Below the pieces are notes generated by a model. That model ran no database searches, was not told the DNA's origin, and worked only from the letters and a program-made list of their open reading frames with translations. Position numbers and translations under genes: made by a program. From Lophium mytilinum (taxonomy: Eukaryota), in NCBI GenBank assembly GCA_010093605.1, contig MU004182.1, positions 839,032-903,031 of the forward strand: DNA of 64,000 bases. The letters run 5' to 3'. This document shows positions 38,501 to 51,809 of the stretch, piece by piece. Every line of letters starts with the position of its first letter. Within the stretch, counting starts at the first letter, position 1.

Positions 38501-40442
38501 TCCTTCAGAGATCCTTGAAGCTATTGCTGCCTCTTCGGTGGTGAGTCTTGTAACGTAACGAACCTCTTTACCACTCGGATTTCGCTTCACAAGTCCATCT
38601 ACTACCGGCGATTTTCTTGTTTCGGCGTGGCAGAAATCAGGCCCAACGGTATAAGCTTTCACATCCTCTGCGTTTTCCACCTGCAAAAACTTTTCGTAGA
38701 TATAACTACTCGTGCTGTCTGTGATGGACCTTGGAACATCTAGCGAATCGTCTTTCTCGGAGCTTTTGTTGTTGATTTTTCTGAAAAGTCTTCTCCCACC
38801 GCCCCCGTGGTTTTTAGGGAAATAAATATTGATGTTGTGATCTTCACCGCTTGTGGGTTTTTCCACGAATGGCTTGGTGAGCTGTTGACCGTCGACCCAG
38901 ATGGTATCGCCACCATCTCGGAGCTCCACTTTGTGAGGAGGCGGCATCCCGCCTCCTGTCCCACTCTCCGGTCCTTGAAGTTTGACTCCCGTCCTCTCAA
39001 ACAGCGATTTGGCAAAATCGGCTGAAGGAAGGGTGGGGCCTCCATCTCGGTTGACCTCGACTCTTTTAGGGGTAGGGACATCTAAGTTGTCGAGGATCCG
39101 CAAGCAGAGTCGTCGGTCCCACAACACTTGTTGCATCGGCAAATCGTTGACGCAGAATGGTTTTCGTAAACGTGCATACGCAATTGCTTTGTCTAGCGGG
39201 AATCCATCTGAGAAAAAGGAGATGAGGAAGTCACAAACAGGCCAATTTTCCACATCTTCATCCAATATGATCTTGTCTCCGAAGATATTAACATCGAATT
39301 CTTCAATGAGCTTTCCAAAAATGTTTCTTGCTGGCTTGCTGCGCGCCTTGGATTCAAGGGCGCAAATGCCGATTATTCCCTTGGACATCCTTTTCGTACT
39401 CGCTTCTTTGATCTCTTTGCCTCCCGGGCTGCTGCTGGCAGCTGTGCTTCCGCTAATCCTCCGCTGTGTTGTAGTCCTGCTTCTTGATTGTCTCGGCTGC
39501 TGCTGGTGAGCAGGTTGGCCCAATTGAGGGGAGGTAGAAGCATGCGGTATGCCAATTGGGATCTGGGTAGGTATGCTCGGATTGATGGAATGGTCTTTGC
39601 CTAGTATGAACGGCGATGGTGATGGTCCGAGGGAGCCGCCCTGGCTTGAAGTAGTCACAGACAGAGAAGATGTGGCAGTCGTGGTTCCCTGGGCTGGACC
39701 CTCGGCCTTGAATCCTACATTGCAGTCAGATTTGATCACCACTCAGATACAGGTATGGAGAGGAGGAATAATTCAGTGGGTATTCCACCTGCTCGACGCG
39801 GCCAGGTGCGCTTCGGCGATGCTCGTGACGATGGCAATTCTTTAAGCCTGCATACAGCCGGTGATGATGCAATTGGTATGCTCTCCGAAGCATCTAATAG
39901 CGGCAAGCATGTGGGAAACTAGCTAACATACCCTCGGGCTCAGATATGATAGAGCTGGATCCACTCAGAGCACGGGTGCCATTGTATATTGCAGAGCCTA
40001 GCGAATACAGGGAGGAGAAGGACATGCGATTAGACTCGGTGTCGAGTTCAGACCTAGACTGCCGGCGAGCGGCGTCTGGTAGCGTCAAAGTTTGGGCGGT
40101 TGAGATGCTCCCGCCACGGGACCCCTCCAACGTCGGCGTGGTTTCAGTCTCGTCAATAGCAGAGCCATTGCGGAGCGTTCCCAGGGTCTCGACGAGGCTG
40201 GCCGTGGACAGGATACCGCTGTCGGAGGCCTTGGAGGGCCGGCGGGAGGGATATTGCCTGGCTAAAGATGCCGGCGGGGGCATTGATATGCTGGCTCGTT
40301 CAGCATTGCCGTTGGTCGTGTCGGGCTCGATTGAACGAGCCTTTCTGTTCGTAGCAGTCGCAGTTCCTGAGGACAAAATGTGCGGAGAAGTTGGCGACCG
40401 GGTGCTCTCCGTGCTGACGGTGCGGGAGAGCTGCTCCATCAT
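35561..40442 (-). CDS. VIP1: Inositol hexakisphosphate / PP-IP5 kinase-phosphatase (Vip1/Asp1)
   Basis: ATP-grasp domain (KARSKP, DFLISFFSDGFPL, HAETRKSPVVDG, DVNGWSFVK) plus the His-phosphatase RHADRTPKQK. 4 exons. Confidence 0.96.
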
Positions 40443-40980
40443 ATGCAGTGCGGTGACATTCGCTGTGTGGGCGCAAGGTTTCTTTTTTGTCCTCTACGAA
40501 ACCGGCGCCGCGGCACGTTCCTCCAAGAAGCTTGGAAATGACGTTAGTGGTGCAATCCTGGCATCCAGATATCGATTGTGCAGCAGTAGCGCGGGCCAGT
40601 TTAATGCCAGGCCAAAGTCTTCCAGCTACTGTTAGGTGTAGTTGTGAATTGGAGGCGCGTGTTGCGTGGTTCGATATCTTTCCAAGTCCCTTGATAGCTC
40701 GCGACTGACATCTGGTGTAGGGACTTCAATTTGGATCTTCCAGTGCCTAGTATCTCTAGCTTCTTGCTGATTTCATGAGAGCTCGCCTATACAATAGTTA
40801 AACTGCAAAGTTATATGGGCCTTATGCAAGCCGACTTAGTTTAGACTGCCCCTAGCCTGATATCCCTGTCGTGTCATAGTTATCTGCCCTCGATATTTTT
40901 TTACCGATACCTTCACCATTTTGCGCCTGCACGACTCTGGTCCGCCACGCTACACTCGCGCTCAACATTAAAGAACGGAT

Positions 40981-43900
40981 ATGCCAGCCCTAACAGCAAC
41001 GGAAACGCTGTCCCATGGGCCAATTGTGAAGCGCCAGAAGCTCACCGTGAGCTCTGCAAGCGCACCTAAGCGGGGAACTCAGAAACCTAGAATTTTTGCG
41101 CCGTTCAGAGTAAGACTGCGGGAAGTAGTTCACCTTCGGACTGAAGCTAATTTTTCTAGACGGTAGGACTCGTTTCACCTACCGATGTCCCCTTTACCAC
41201 CGTACCGCTCGGGAAAACTACTTTCCAAATCACTACATCAGTCGGGCGCAGCCTTCAAACATACGACCTAAAGAAAGGCTTGCATTTGGTATTCCTTACT
41301 CGACCGCAGACACCAGAGATAATAACAGCCACAACCGCTTGGAACAACCGGGTTCTAGCAGCATGGGGCGGAAAGGGATCTAAATCGTCAAGAGGAATAT
41401 GGATCTTCCAGCGGGGCAAGAAGGTCGACGAGCTGGAGCTACCGAAAGGGACACAGGAGAATGTCAAGCAGCTTTTGGTATTTGGCTCTTGGATCGTGGG
41501 CTGCTGTGCCTCCAAGATCGAAGTGTGGAAGTCAACGACCTTGGAGCACTACACGACGCTCCAGGGCGCATCGCCAAGCGTACTTTCCGGAGGGGTATGC
41601 AACATGCCCACGTATCTCAACAAAATCTTTGCGGGTAGAAAAGATGGCACTGTCGAGGTATGGAATTTGAGCACCGGCAAGTTGCTCTACACTATCCTAC
41701 CCGAGACTTCTACCTACGGAGCTGTGACTGCGCTGGAGCCGACTCCAACCATCTCTCTTCTTGCAATCGCGTACGCCTCTGGACCCGTCGTTGTCCACGA
41801 TATTCGCCAGGACAAACAACTCCTTCGTTTGAACACAGGTGCCTCTGTCAAGTCTCCAATAACGTCTATATCCTTTCGAAGCGACGGTCTGGGCGCCGGA
41901 GAAGACGGTCGTGAAGACGGCGTGATGGCTACAGCAAGCAATGAGAGTGGCGATGTGACTTTTTGGGATCTCAATAAAAATGCTCGCAAGATGGGCATCG
42001 TTCGTGGAGCACACAACCCTCCATCGCTAGCCAACGGAGGAATTGGTGGTGGAATCAGCAAGATAGAATTCTTAGCCGGACAGTCAGTAATTCTTACAAG
42101 CGGTCTAGACAACTCGTTGAAAAGCTGGATATTCGACGAAACCCCTTTCTCGCCGGTCCCTCGGATTCTGCATTCTCGCAGTGGACATGCCGCGCCAATT
42201 TCGCAGCTACAATTTCTTCCTTCCGATGCGGATGGTACAGATGCTGGCGGAAAGTGGTTGCTGAGCGCTAGTAGAGATCGGAGTCTGTGGGGCTGGAGTC
42301 TGCGACGAGACGGACAGAGCACTGAACTAAGCCAGGGAAACATCAAGTCGAAAGCGAAAAAGATGGGCATATTAGGAAGTGGCCTGAGAAGCCTAGACCC
42401 ACGTACCACTTTAGAAGATCTCAAAGCTCCACGTATAACATGTTTGGCCTGTTCTCTCAATCGAGATGGTGGCATGGGTGCTGTTCCGGACAGTAGTAAG
42501 ATTTGGGACAATGCAGGCAAAAACAGAAAAGGCACAAAGGGACCTGAAGCCGGGAATACTGGCTGGGAAAGCGTAGTGACCGGCCATGAGGGCGATAAAA
42601 CTGCGAGGACATGGTTTTGGGGCCGAAAACGCGCTGGGCGATGGGCTTTCGAGACCGGAGATGGCGCGGAGGTCACGGTATGTTTTTCCCGTTGGCAATA
42701 CAGTTGGTTTTTAACCAAGAGGCTAATTTGACAACAGAGTGTTGCTGTCTCGCCATGTGGCACATTTGCGCTCATTGGGTCTGCGGCTGGCGGGATTGAT
42801 ATGTTCAATCTTCAGTCTGGCATTCACAGACAAAGGTTTCCTGCGCGATTGACTCCTATCCAAGCAAAAAGGCTCAGAATGGAACAATTAGAGGCCGAGG
42901 ACAGCTTGTTTCCTATGGAATCCGGTCCAAAAAAATTCGCTAGAGGACAAGGGAAGCACACGAAAGCAGTTACTGGCATCGTCGTCGACAGTCTGAACCG
43001 AATCGCCATTAGCTGCGGTGCAGACGGGAAAGTCAAAGTAGGTTGTGTTGCTATAACGCGTCTACAACAGCTAACACCTTTCTAGTTCTGGGACTTCAAG
43101 TCTGGCCTTCTCCTACATGAGATTGATTGGTACCCAATGACCAGCATCATCAGTATGCGATATCATAGGCCAAGCGATCTCATTGCGCTAAGTTGCGACG
43201 ATGGCTCCATCCGTGTGGTCGATATTGAGACTAGAAAACTAGTCCGAGAGCTCTGGACATCCACCACTCACACACAGGTACGACCTGTCGATTTCACCTT
43301 CTCCAACGATGGCCGTTGGGTCATTTCTGCCTCCACCGATTCCATCATACGCGTATGGGACCTTCCAACAGGCCATATGATCGAAGCAATGAAGCTTCAC
43401 AGTCCATGTACGGCACTCGCCTTCTCGAACACCGGCGAATACCTCGCGACAACCCAAGAGGATAGTGTCGGTGTTCACATCTGGACCAACCGGACGCTCT
43501 TCACCCACGTACCTACCCGGCATATCTCAGAAAATGAGATTGCATCCATCGACGCTCCCACAGCGTCGGGCGAGGGTGGCGAAGGCATGCTTGAAGCTGC
43601 TGTTGAGGAAGACGAGACAGCAGAAGACGGCAGCGATGATGAATCGGCCCTTCCATCCATTGATCAGCTTAGTGATCGCATCACGACCCTCAGCTTAGTT
43701 CCAAAATCACGCTGGCAGAATCTCCTTTACCTGGACGTTATTCGCGCCCGCAACAAACCCAAGGAAGCCCCCAAAGCTCCTGAGAAAGCTCCTTTCTTCC
43801 TTCCCGCTCTCAATCAAGACCCTCACATCACGGGAATAGATTCGTCGACTGCGGTTGTACCAGCATCCGCAGAGGCATCTCGTATCATGCCGGCGAAACT

Positions 43901-44300
43901 ATCGCGTGGCAACTCCTCGACGAACGACTTCACTTCTCTCCTCCAAGATGCTGCCACTACAGGCATTTCAACCCCTCTCATCACCCACCTTTCCGCTCTG
44001 TCTCCGTCAGCTGCTGATATCGCGATTCGCACGCTCGACGCCACGCCGCCTTACACTGAACTTCTCACCTTCATGCAGGCGTTGACCTCTCGCCTCCGCG
44101 AACGGCGGGATTACGAGCTTGTGCAAGCTTGGATGGCTGTGTTCCTCCGATTGCATGGAGATACCATAGTACGAGACGCGACACTTGTGGCGGCAGTGCG
44201 AGAATGGCAGGCGGAGGCTAAGCGGGAAAGGGAGAGGCTGGGGAGTCTTGTAGGTTTTGCGGTGGGTGTTGTAGGGTGGGTGCGGAGTGCAAGATCGTGA
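40981..44300 (+). CDS. UTP21: U3 snoRNP WD40 protein Utp21
   Basis: RIFAPFR.VG, multiple WD repeats, and the C-terminal LSLVPKSRWQNLL...KAPEKAPFFLP and YELVQAWMAVFLRLHG. 4 exons. Confidence 0.95.
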
Positions 44301-44616
44301 TCATTATGACCACGAAGAAGATCTATGACTGTTTAAGATGGGAACAAGGCGCAGTGGATAGGATTTCGGTATTGGATACCTCAAAATGCTGGCTAGAAGG
44401 ACAGCTTATCAATAACAATAAAGTTCAAATGAAAGGAAGGCATGCTTCTCCACGTCTGTGCTGCCGCATTGCGTCTACATCCATGTTTTGTCTTAATGTC
44501 AACTCACCAATGCGTGCATAAGCAACGGGGCACCGTTCATGAAGACGGACTAAACTTTATCAATCAATAGGGACCAACACACTACTAGCGTCGTCGTGTT
44601 TTTTCACCAAAAGACA

Positions 44617-45217
44617 TCACACCTCCACCCTCGAAACCGTCACCGTAATCTCCACATCGACATGGCTCACACACCACCAAAGGTTAGTGCTATAATCCTG
44701 CCCCTCAGTCCAGTGATCGTTCGTCCAATACTCGTGCCTGCAATCGAGATGGGACAGCCCACTCCCCATACCAATATAATTGACCCTGTTCCCGTACGTC
44801 AGCTCTCTGCCCTCTGAAACAGAATCAAGAACACCCTCACCCATCTAAGTTCCACGTCTGGTTCACGCCAAAAGAATAGTCCGCCGCATTAAACGTGAAA
44901 TTCGCAACCGCCCCCGCGCCGACGCCAGAGGGCGGCGGGTCGCATGGGAAGAAGTCATTGAAGAAGCCGCCGTAGAAGTAGCCGTATATGTGGCTGCTGT
45001 GGGCGCTGCATTGGGTGGTGTAGCTGAGGGCGGAGTTGGTGAGGTGGTAGGAGACGGTGGCGTCGTGGATGGCGAAGAAAGAGGGGGATCTGTAGATTTC
45101 GGTGATGTTGTAGGTGATGTTGTGGAGGGTGAAGGTGGGGTCTGCGCTATGGGGACTGTTGGCGATGGTTGTTGGTAGGAGGAAGAGGAGGAGGGAAGAG
45201 AGCAAGGTACGCTTCAT
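44617..45217 (-). CDS. Small secreted AltA1 (Alt a 1)-like domain protein
   Basis: Signal peptide and a pattern resembling AA1-like proteins (IYRSP..., LTN.A..Y...C.A.S...YFYG, C, FTF...VNQTW). 4 Cys; one intron at ~44840-44786. Confidence 0.6.
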
Positions 45218-46453
45218 GGTGTTGGCAATTGGGCGACGAGAGCAAGACGGCCTTGATGAAGTTTTAGGGGCGCTTGTGTCTGATGCGAGGGAGCGGCGTA
45301 TGAAGCTCGAAAAATGAGTTAGGTGTGAAGAGAGGGTGCTCTTGAGGCTAACAGCATGACCTAGCTTTGATTGCTTTATATTAAATGAGAGATTCGAGTC
45401 CGCCTAGTACTGTGTACCTCGTAGTACTTGCTCAATCCAATTTCTATTCCCCACAATAGTCCATGCCAACCAATGGCAAAGATGACGGCCTCGCGATGTC
45501 CTGTGTCCAAAGCTTGAGTGTCACAAATTGGAGGTCTGGGGTGACTTCTCCGTTCCTCGGCGGGCGGTCTAGGGCTTGATTCGCTGTCTATGGACGAAGG
45601 GATTATTGAAAGCAGATCACAAAGGCTATTGACGGACTGTGCTCTAAAAGCAGATGACGGTGGTAAGGGGCACATGATATGCCAATACGATGCGAGCTTC
45701 GTCGTACGTCTGCGTGCGGCACAAGGAGGGCTACACTCTTGCTGAGGAGCTTTCAATAGAAGGGCTAGAGAGAAGGGCCCACAGGACTTCATGCCCTCTA
45801 ACTTCCGTGTGGATATTCTGTAAGAGGGAAATTTGGAATGTTCTTTCTTCTAGTAGTCTAGCAACTTGGGCGAAAATTTAGAGAGTCTCAGGGTAGTGAA
45901 GAGGATAAGATTGACTGCCGATGTACTGTGCGATGATAAGAGATGCCGAGTTGGGATAGACAATGACTCCACGGCCTAGACAGTGAGAAAGAGCAGCTTC
46001 GGCACCAGATAATCGACTGCTTGAGATCGAGATTGAACAGGTAGCTTTGAGATAGTAGACAACACAACTGCAGTTGTACAGACTCATGATGCGATGTAGC
46101 CGTGAGGTGCTCACCGGATGGGGTGACGTGGTGTGCACGGTGCATTTTGCCAAGGCCGATCGGCACTCGAAGTTTTTATCGCGGCTTCCTCCAACGTCGC
46201 GGTCACGTCCTCTCCTACTCCACCACCAACCACCGGGCCCCGACACACTTCCGCTCGCGCTCTCGTTCGTACGCGTTGTCGTTCTTGTGCCACCGCTCTG
46301 CCATGCACTCTTCCTGCTAGATCACGCGCCGAGCACCGCTACGTTGTGTCGTCGCAAGCCATCGCAAGCTGTCGCAAGCCATCGCACCAGCAGTTTATAA
46401 CCGACGACCTTGCCTCGAACCGACGTCTTGTTCTTCATCGCGTCTCCCTCGCC

Positions 46454-49004
46454 ATGTCTGATAAATATCGCCCGAGCGCGCGGAGACCGCGTCGCGACCG
46501 CGGTCGTGAAGATGACCGTCCCCGCCAGGACTCCGACATGTACCGCTTTGGGGACGCCAACTCGTACAGGCCCGACGACACCTATAGCTATAGGCCTAGC
46601 GAGGGCTCGCGCGACCACTACTACCCTCCCCCCGACGACTCTTATGGTGGTGGTCCTCGTCGCGACCAGCGTGATGATTTCACCTTCCGCTCTGGCCAAG
46701 CTCCGGTTCAAAGCTACCCGATGAACAACGACAGTGAGAGACCTCAGCGAAGGCGCCAGGCTAAGAATCTTGATCGCGTGAACACCAGGTGGAAAGGACA
46801 CGGTGGAAAGTACAACGTGGCTCCGCATGAGCGAGCGCTATTCCAGCCTCGAGGAAGCACACCTGAACAAATGCTCGGCATGAATGAGGGATCCACTAAG
46901 TTCCTCACTTTGGGGAACTTTTCTGAGAGCGAGGATGAAGAGCACGGGCATAGCGCTCAGTCAGCCTCCGAAGAAGGTGATGGCCCTGCCTACAAGCGGA
47001 GCCGCCTGGCGGCGAAAGAACAAGACGAGGGCAACTCTGTGCCCAAGTGGTCTAACCCGGACCCTTACACGGTTGTGCCAGGCGAAGACATTAGCAAGAG
47101 AAAGAGGAAGGACATCGTCCAGTTGATTCGGAAATCCAAGATCTCTGCAGCCGAAGCAGCTGCAGAAACTAACGCCGTTGCTGATAACGATGACTTCATC
47201 TCGTTGGATGATGCTGAGCCAGCCCCTCGGGCCATCCCAACAGGGCCCTCTAGCTTCAGCCACCGCAATCACCTACTCTCTACTTACCCTCCGAATGCCC
47301 CAGGATCTGCTACCGAGCCCGTCAATGCTCGTTCTTTAGGCCCACCACCGTCGTTGCAGAGTAAGTCGATACCCCCGCCTCCATCTTCGCCTCCGCCTCC
47401 GCCACCACCTCCATCCTCGTTTCCACCACCACCTCCCCCGCCCGTTGTCGGGTCACTGAATCAATTGGCATCCCAAGTGCCCAGTTCTTCACGCCATGAG
47501 CAGCCGACTCTGTCGAACACTCAAGCAAGATTTCTGCCCCAAGACTTACAAAAACCGCAAGGCTCGCGTTCCGCACCTGCGCAAGAGCAGAGGTCAATGA
47601 AGCGTAAGCGTGACTACTATGAACTCGGGGATGTCATTCCAGAGTGGACACCCACTACGCCGCCCGAAGCCACCGCTCCCTGGACTGTCGTGGATCACTC
47701 CCATACAGAGGATATGGGTCATTGGTAAGCCTCAACAAGTCACGTCATGAAATCTTTGAGCTAATGGAAACTACTAGGCTTTCGAAAGAAATTTATGATT
47801 TTCACCAGTTCGTCAAGCCTCATGATTTCGAGAGAACGATTCGCAATGACCTCTACGAGCGCGTACGATCGTGCCTCGTGAACTCGCGCCACCTGGCGGA
47901 AGGGGACTTGCATTGCTTTGGATCGTACGCTGCAGGGCTCTACCTACCTACTGCTGATATGGATCTTGTGTATATCTCTAGAGACCATCTAGATGGCGGA
48001 CGAGCCCGAATTGACCCAAAAGCCGGCAAGCTCCTTTACAGGATTAGAAATGATCTACTCAATGCAGGGCTAGCGACTAGCTGCGAGGTCATTGCGAAAG
48101 CCAAAGTCCCTATCATCAAATTCGTTGACCAAGAGACCGGCATCAAGGTCGACATCTCGTTCGAAAAGCTCGACGGCCTCATGACCCAAGACTGTTTCGA
48201 GCAATGGAAGAGGGAATTTCCTATCATGCCTGCTCTCGTCACTCTTGTCAAGCAGTTCCTCCTCATGCGTGGCTTGAATGAAGTACGAGATGGTGGTCTT
48301 GGAGGGTTCTCCGTTATTTGTCTGGTTGTGCACATGCTTTACGTGGTTCCAGGCGTACAAAGCAAGAACATGGTACCGGAAGAACACCTCGGTCAGCTCT
48401 TTATGGAGTTCCTAGAGTTGTACGGAAAAAAGTTCAACCTCGCAACCACAGTTATCTCGATGAATCCGCCCATGTATCTGAAGAAGGCAAGTTCACCCGA
48501 ATTCCCGGACCTGGTAAAACTAACAGCTTCTAGGGAGCGTACAACGTTGACGGAAGACAATCGAAGCCCGACAACATCACTATCATTGATCCCAATCGGC
48601 CCACAAACGACATCTCTGGCGGATCTAAGAACGTCAAGTTGATATTCCGTCTGTTTGCCCAGGCTCATGACAAGTTGCAAAAACGCATGGCAGAGTTGCA
48701 AAGCAACCGTTCGAGATTTGGAAGCATTCTGGAGGTCGTGTTCGCAGGCAAATACTCCATCTACTTGGGCCAGCGCGCTCACTTGAAGTCGATTTACGAG
48801 GAATACTTCTCTGGAGTATCTCCGAGACACGACTACCCGGCTCAAGGTCGCCAGGATCAAGGACATCAAACTTCAGGGTATCAGATTCAGGGTAATCAGA
48901 ACCAAGAAAACCAAAATAAGCTAAATCGGAGTAAAGGACCTACGACTACTAAGAAAGGCTCGAGTCGCGGACGTCAAGGCCCACCCCGCGGTCGTAATCG
49001 CTGA
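46454..49004 (+). CDS. TRF4: Non-canonical poly(A) polymerase of the TRAMP complex (Trf4/Trf5/Cid14-like)
   Basis: FGSYAAGLYLPTADMDLV, AKAKVPIIKF, GLNEVRDGGLGGFS and IIDPNRPTNDISGGS. Introns at 47725-47777 and 48487-48533 (GC-AG). Confidence 0.92.
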
Positions 49005-49913
49005 TCCGTTCCCGTGCCCGAGACTGTATACTTTTGACGAGAAGACGAGGTGAGTTCGGTCCTACGTGTCAGGTGGATTTTAGCAGATAATCTGCCACGT
49101 GACCAGTGTCTTTTAGGACCATGACGGCGTCTGTACTATTACCGACTTATTGGCGGTCAAGCTAGAATTTTATGGATGCTGCTCGCGAAGGAGGCTACAC
49201 ACGAAAGTGTACACGAGTCCTGGACTGCCGCACTCTTGTGCAGGCTAGTCTATGCGTTCGTCTCTCCCACGAACGGCTATAGCTTTCACGGATGTTTATT
49301 ATGAAGGAGGGCACACACTATAGTGTGCGTGAGTACTGGACTCTAATGCACTGTCGTGCGGTCTAGTCCATGCGATCACCTCCACGACCGGATATGGCGT
49401 TGCTTAATGAACACTTACCAATACCCTAAGATCCCTTCCCGGATACTTGTCTCCTTCTTTTCCTCTCCCTTTACTTTAATATGTATACTAGGACTTTTTT
49501 CATGGCTTCTTTACGCCTCCTCCTCTTTTCTCCTTTTCTAGGACTCCACTGACGTGCATTCTTCGCTGCCAGGATGGCGTTGCTAGCTGACCTCGTGACA
49601 CTCAATTTAGGTTTCTACATTCATGAACGATGAAGCCTTCTGGCTACTGGCTTCTGAATGCTTGCATTAGCCTCGATCGCTATGCGAATGTGCACTCTCG
49701 CCTTCTTGCTTCGGCAGTGGGCCCTTTTCTCATTGAATGCACTCGCTTTATGCGGGGCTTCGAAGAGGAAATCGCTGCATTTATCTCATGGGGCCCGGTT
49801 TTAGACTTGGCAGGTATCTCGAATGCGAATGTCTGCAGCAGGTACGTGTAACTTCATCATCATAGGCTTACGCTACCGCAGTTAATAAATCTTTATAAAC
49901 TCCACACTCCATC

Positions 49914-51809
49914 TCACAACGCCCACTTCGCCCTTCCCTCCTCCCTCAAGCTCCGCCGGTTCAGCGCGCGATAATACCCCCACAACCCCACACAGCCCGC
50001 GGCAACGAAGAACAGCAGTCCGGCATTCGTCCAGTGGCCTGTCGGATACCCTTTCTCCTTCTCATTAGCCTTGTAGATCCACACGCCCGCAATCTGCCCA
50101 GGCGCGCCGAACGAGATGTTCAGTGCAATGGCAAGTCCTGCAGCACCCGTGCTATGCAGGTTCGAAGACAGCCAACCCAGCAGCGGCGGGATGCACGAGA
50201 AGGCGCCCGACGCCGCGACAATGAGGCACCCGTAGCGCTGCGTGTACGCGTCCGGGGGTAGTACGGCGGACGCGAGAAATCCCGCCGCGCCGATGGTCGC
50301 GAAGAGCGCGGAGTGCAGGGCGCGCGCGTTGAAGTGGTCGGCGGACCAGCTGACGAGCAGCGTGACGACGTAGGCGACGGCGTAGGGCGGCACGGTCATG
50401 AGCTGGGCTTGCAGGCCCTTGTAGTTCAGGCCGGAGGTGATGGAGGGCGTGAAGAGGGAGAGGCTGCTAAAGGGGGTCGAGATGCCGAAGTAGATGGCGT
50501 AGTGCGCGTACAGCCGCCAGTCGGTGAGGGTTTCCCTGGCTTCTTTCCAGGTGGTCCGGGCGGAGCCTTTGGAGCCTTCGAGGCGGAGGCGCGAGATGGC
50601 GTTGGCGCGCTCCGAGGGGGTCAGCCATTGGGCGGTTTCGGGGTAGTCGGGGAGGAAGAAGAAGACGAAGATGGAGGAGAGGCAGCTGGGGATGCCTTCG
50701 AGGATGAAGAGCCAGCGCCAGGCGGAGAGCTTGGAGGTGCCGTTCATGTGGCCGACGCCGTAGGCGATTGCTCCTCCGAAGGCGCCGGCGAGGGTCGCGG
50801 AGGCGAGGATGGCGGCGACACGGATGGAGCGCTCGTCGGTGCGGTACCAGAATGTGAGGTAGTAGACTAGGCCGGGGAAGAGGCCAGCTGGGCGGTGGTT
50901 AGCGGACGGTACAGTACTGGTTGTAATTTAAAGTACGCAGGCATAGCGATGCCTGGGTGCCGCTTTTGAAGTCAAACACCACTGTCGGAAGCACCCTGGT
51001 GCCATGAATCCGGCCGGTCAAGATGCAGCTCCAGTCCCGCCGCTTAGAACTTGATATCGCGATAGAGCTCAGGAATTCTGTGGGAATGCCCCAAGCAGTG
51101 CGCAATGATTGTACACAAACTTATGGCCTCATAGTTGGAATCAAATGGTCATTCTCACCTTCAAATACACCAAGCAGGAATCTGATTGCAGTTACAGCGC
51201 CGTAGGAATGGGCTCCTCCGAGCCCCATAGTGACAGCTCCCCATGATAGCATCAGAAACGCGATCCACTTAGAAGGGGAGAGCCTCTTCAAGAGGATGTT
51301 CGAGGGGACTTCGAAGAGGCTGCCAAAGCATCGGTCAGTGATGGACTATGCTACAATTAGAAAGCTGGCACAAGCGCACTTACGCATATGCGATGAGAAA
51401 CACCATCAAGGCAATGGTGTACTGAAAATTGCTCATTTTCGTCTGCGAGAGTAGGTCATCTTTGGTGGCCGCATTGAGGACTTTTGCATTTCTTGAAAAC
51501 CATATTGATCAGCCAGGTTTACACATCGGTCTTTCGAAGCGCCATTTACCCAATGTTGGACCGATCAAGGTAGCATAGTAGATAGATAGCGGCACAAAGT
51601 GGAACAATCCTCAAGTCTTGTTTCCAGACCAGGGCCTTCCTAACTGCAGGATCTAATTCTGTCGGAGGTTCCTCAGAGTTCTGTGGTCGTGAGATTACTA
51701 GGCATTCAAGTAGAAAGCTGTATGAACGGTGTGTTACCTCTTTCCCGACTTCAACATCATCTACGTATGCAGGGGCCCGCATTTTGGAGTCACCGTCGAC
51801 TTCAGCCAT
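49914..51809 (-). CDS. MFS transporter, anion:cation symporter (Dal5/Tna1-like) family
   Basis: KQDLRIVP...YLDRSNIGNAK, FEVPSN, RFLLGVFEAGLFPG, WRWLFILEG and QLMTVPPY. Includes a 271-nt intron at 51158-50888. Confidence 0.93.
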
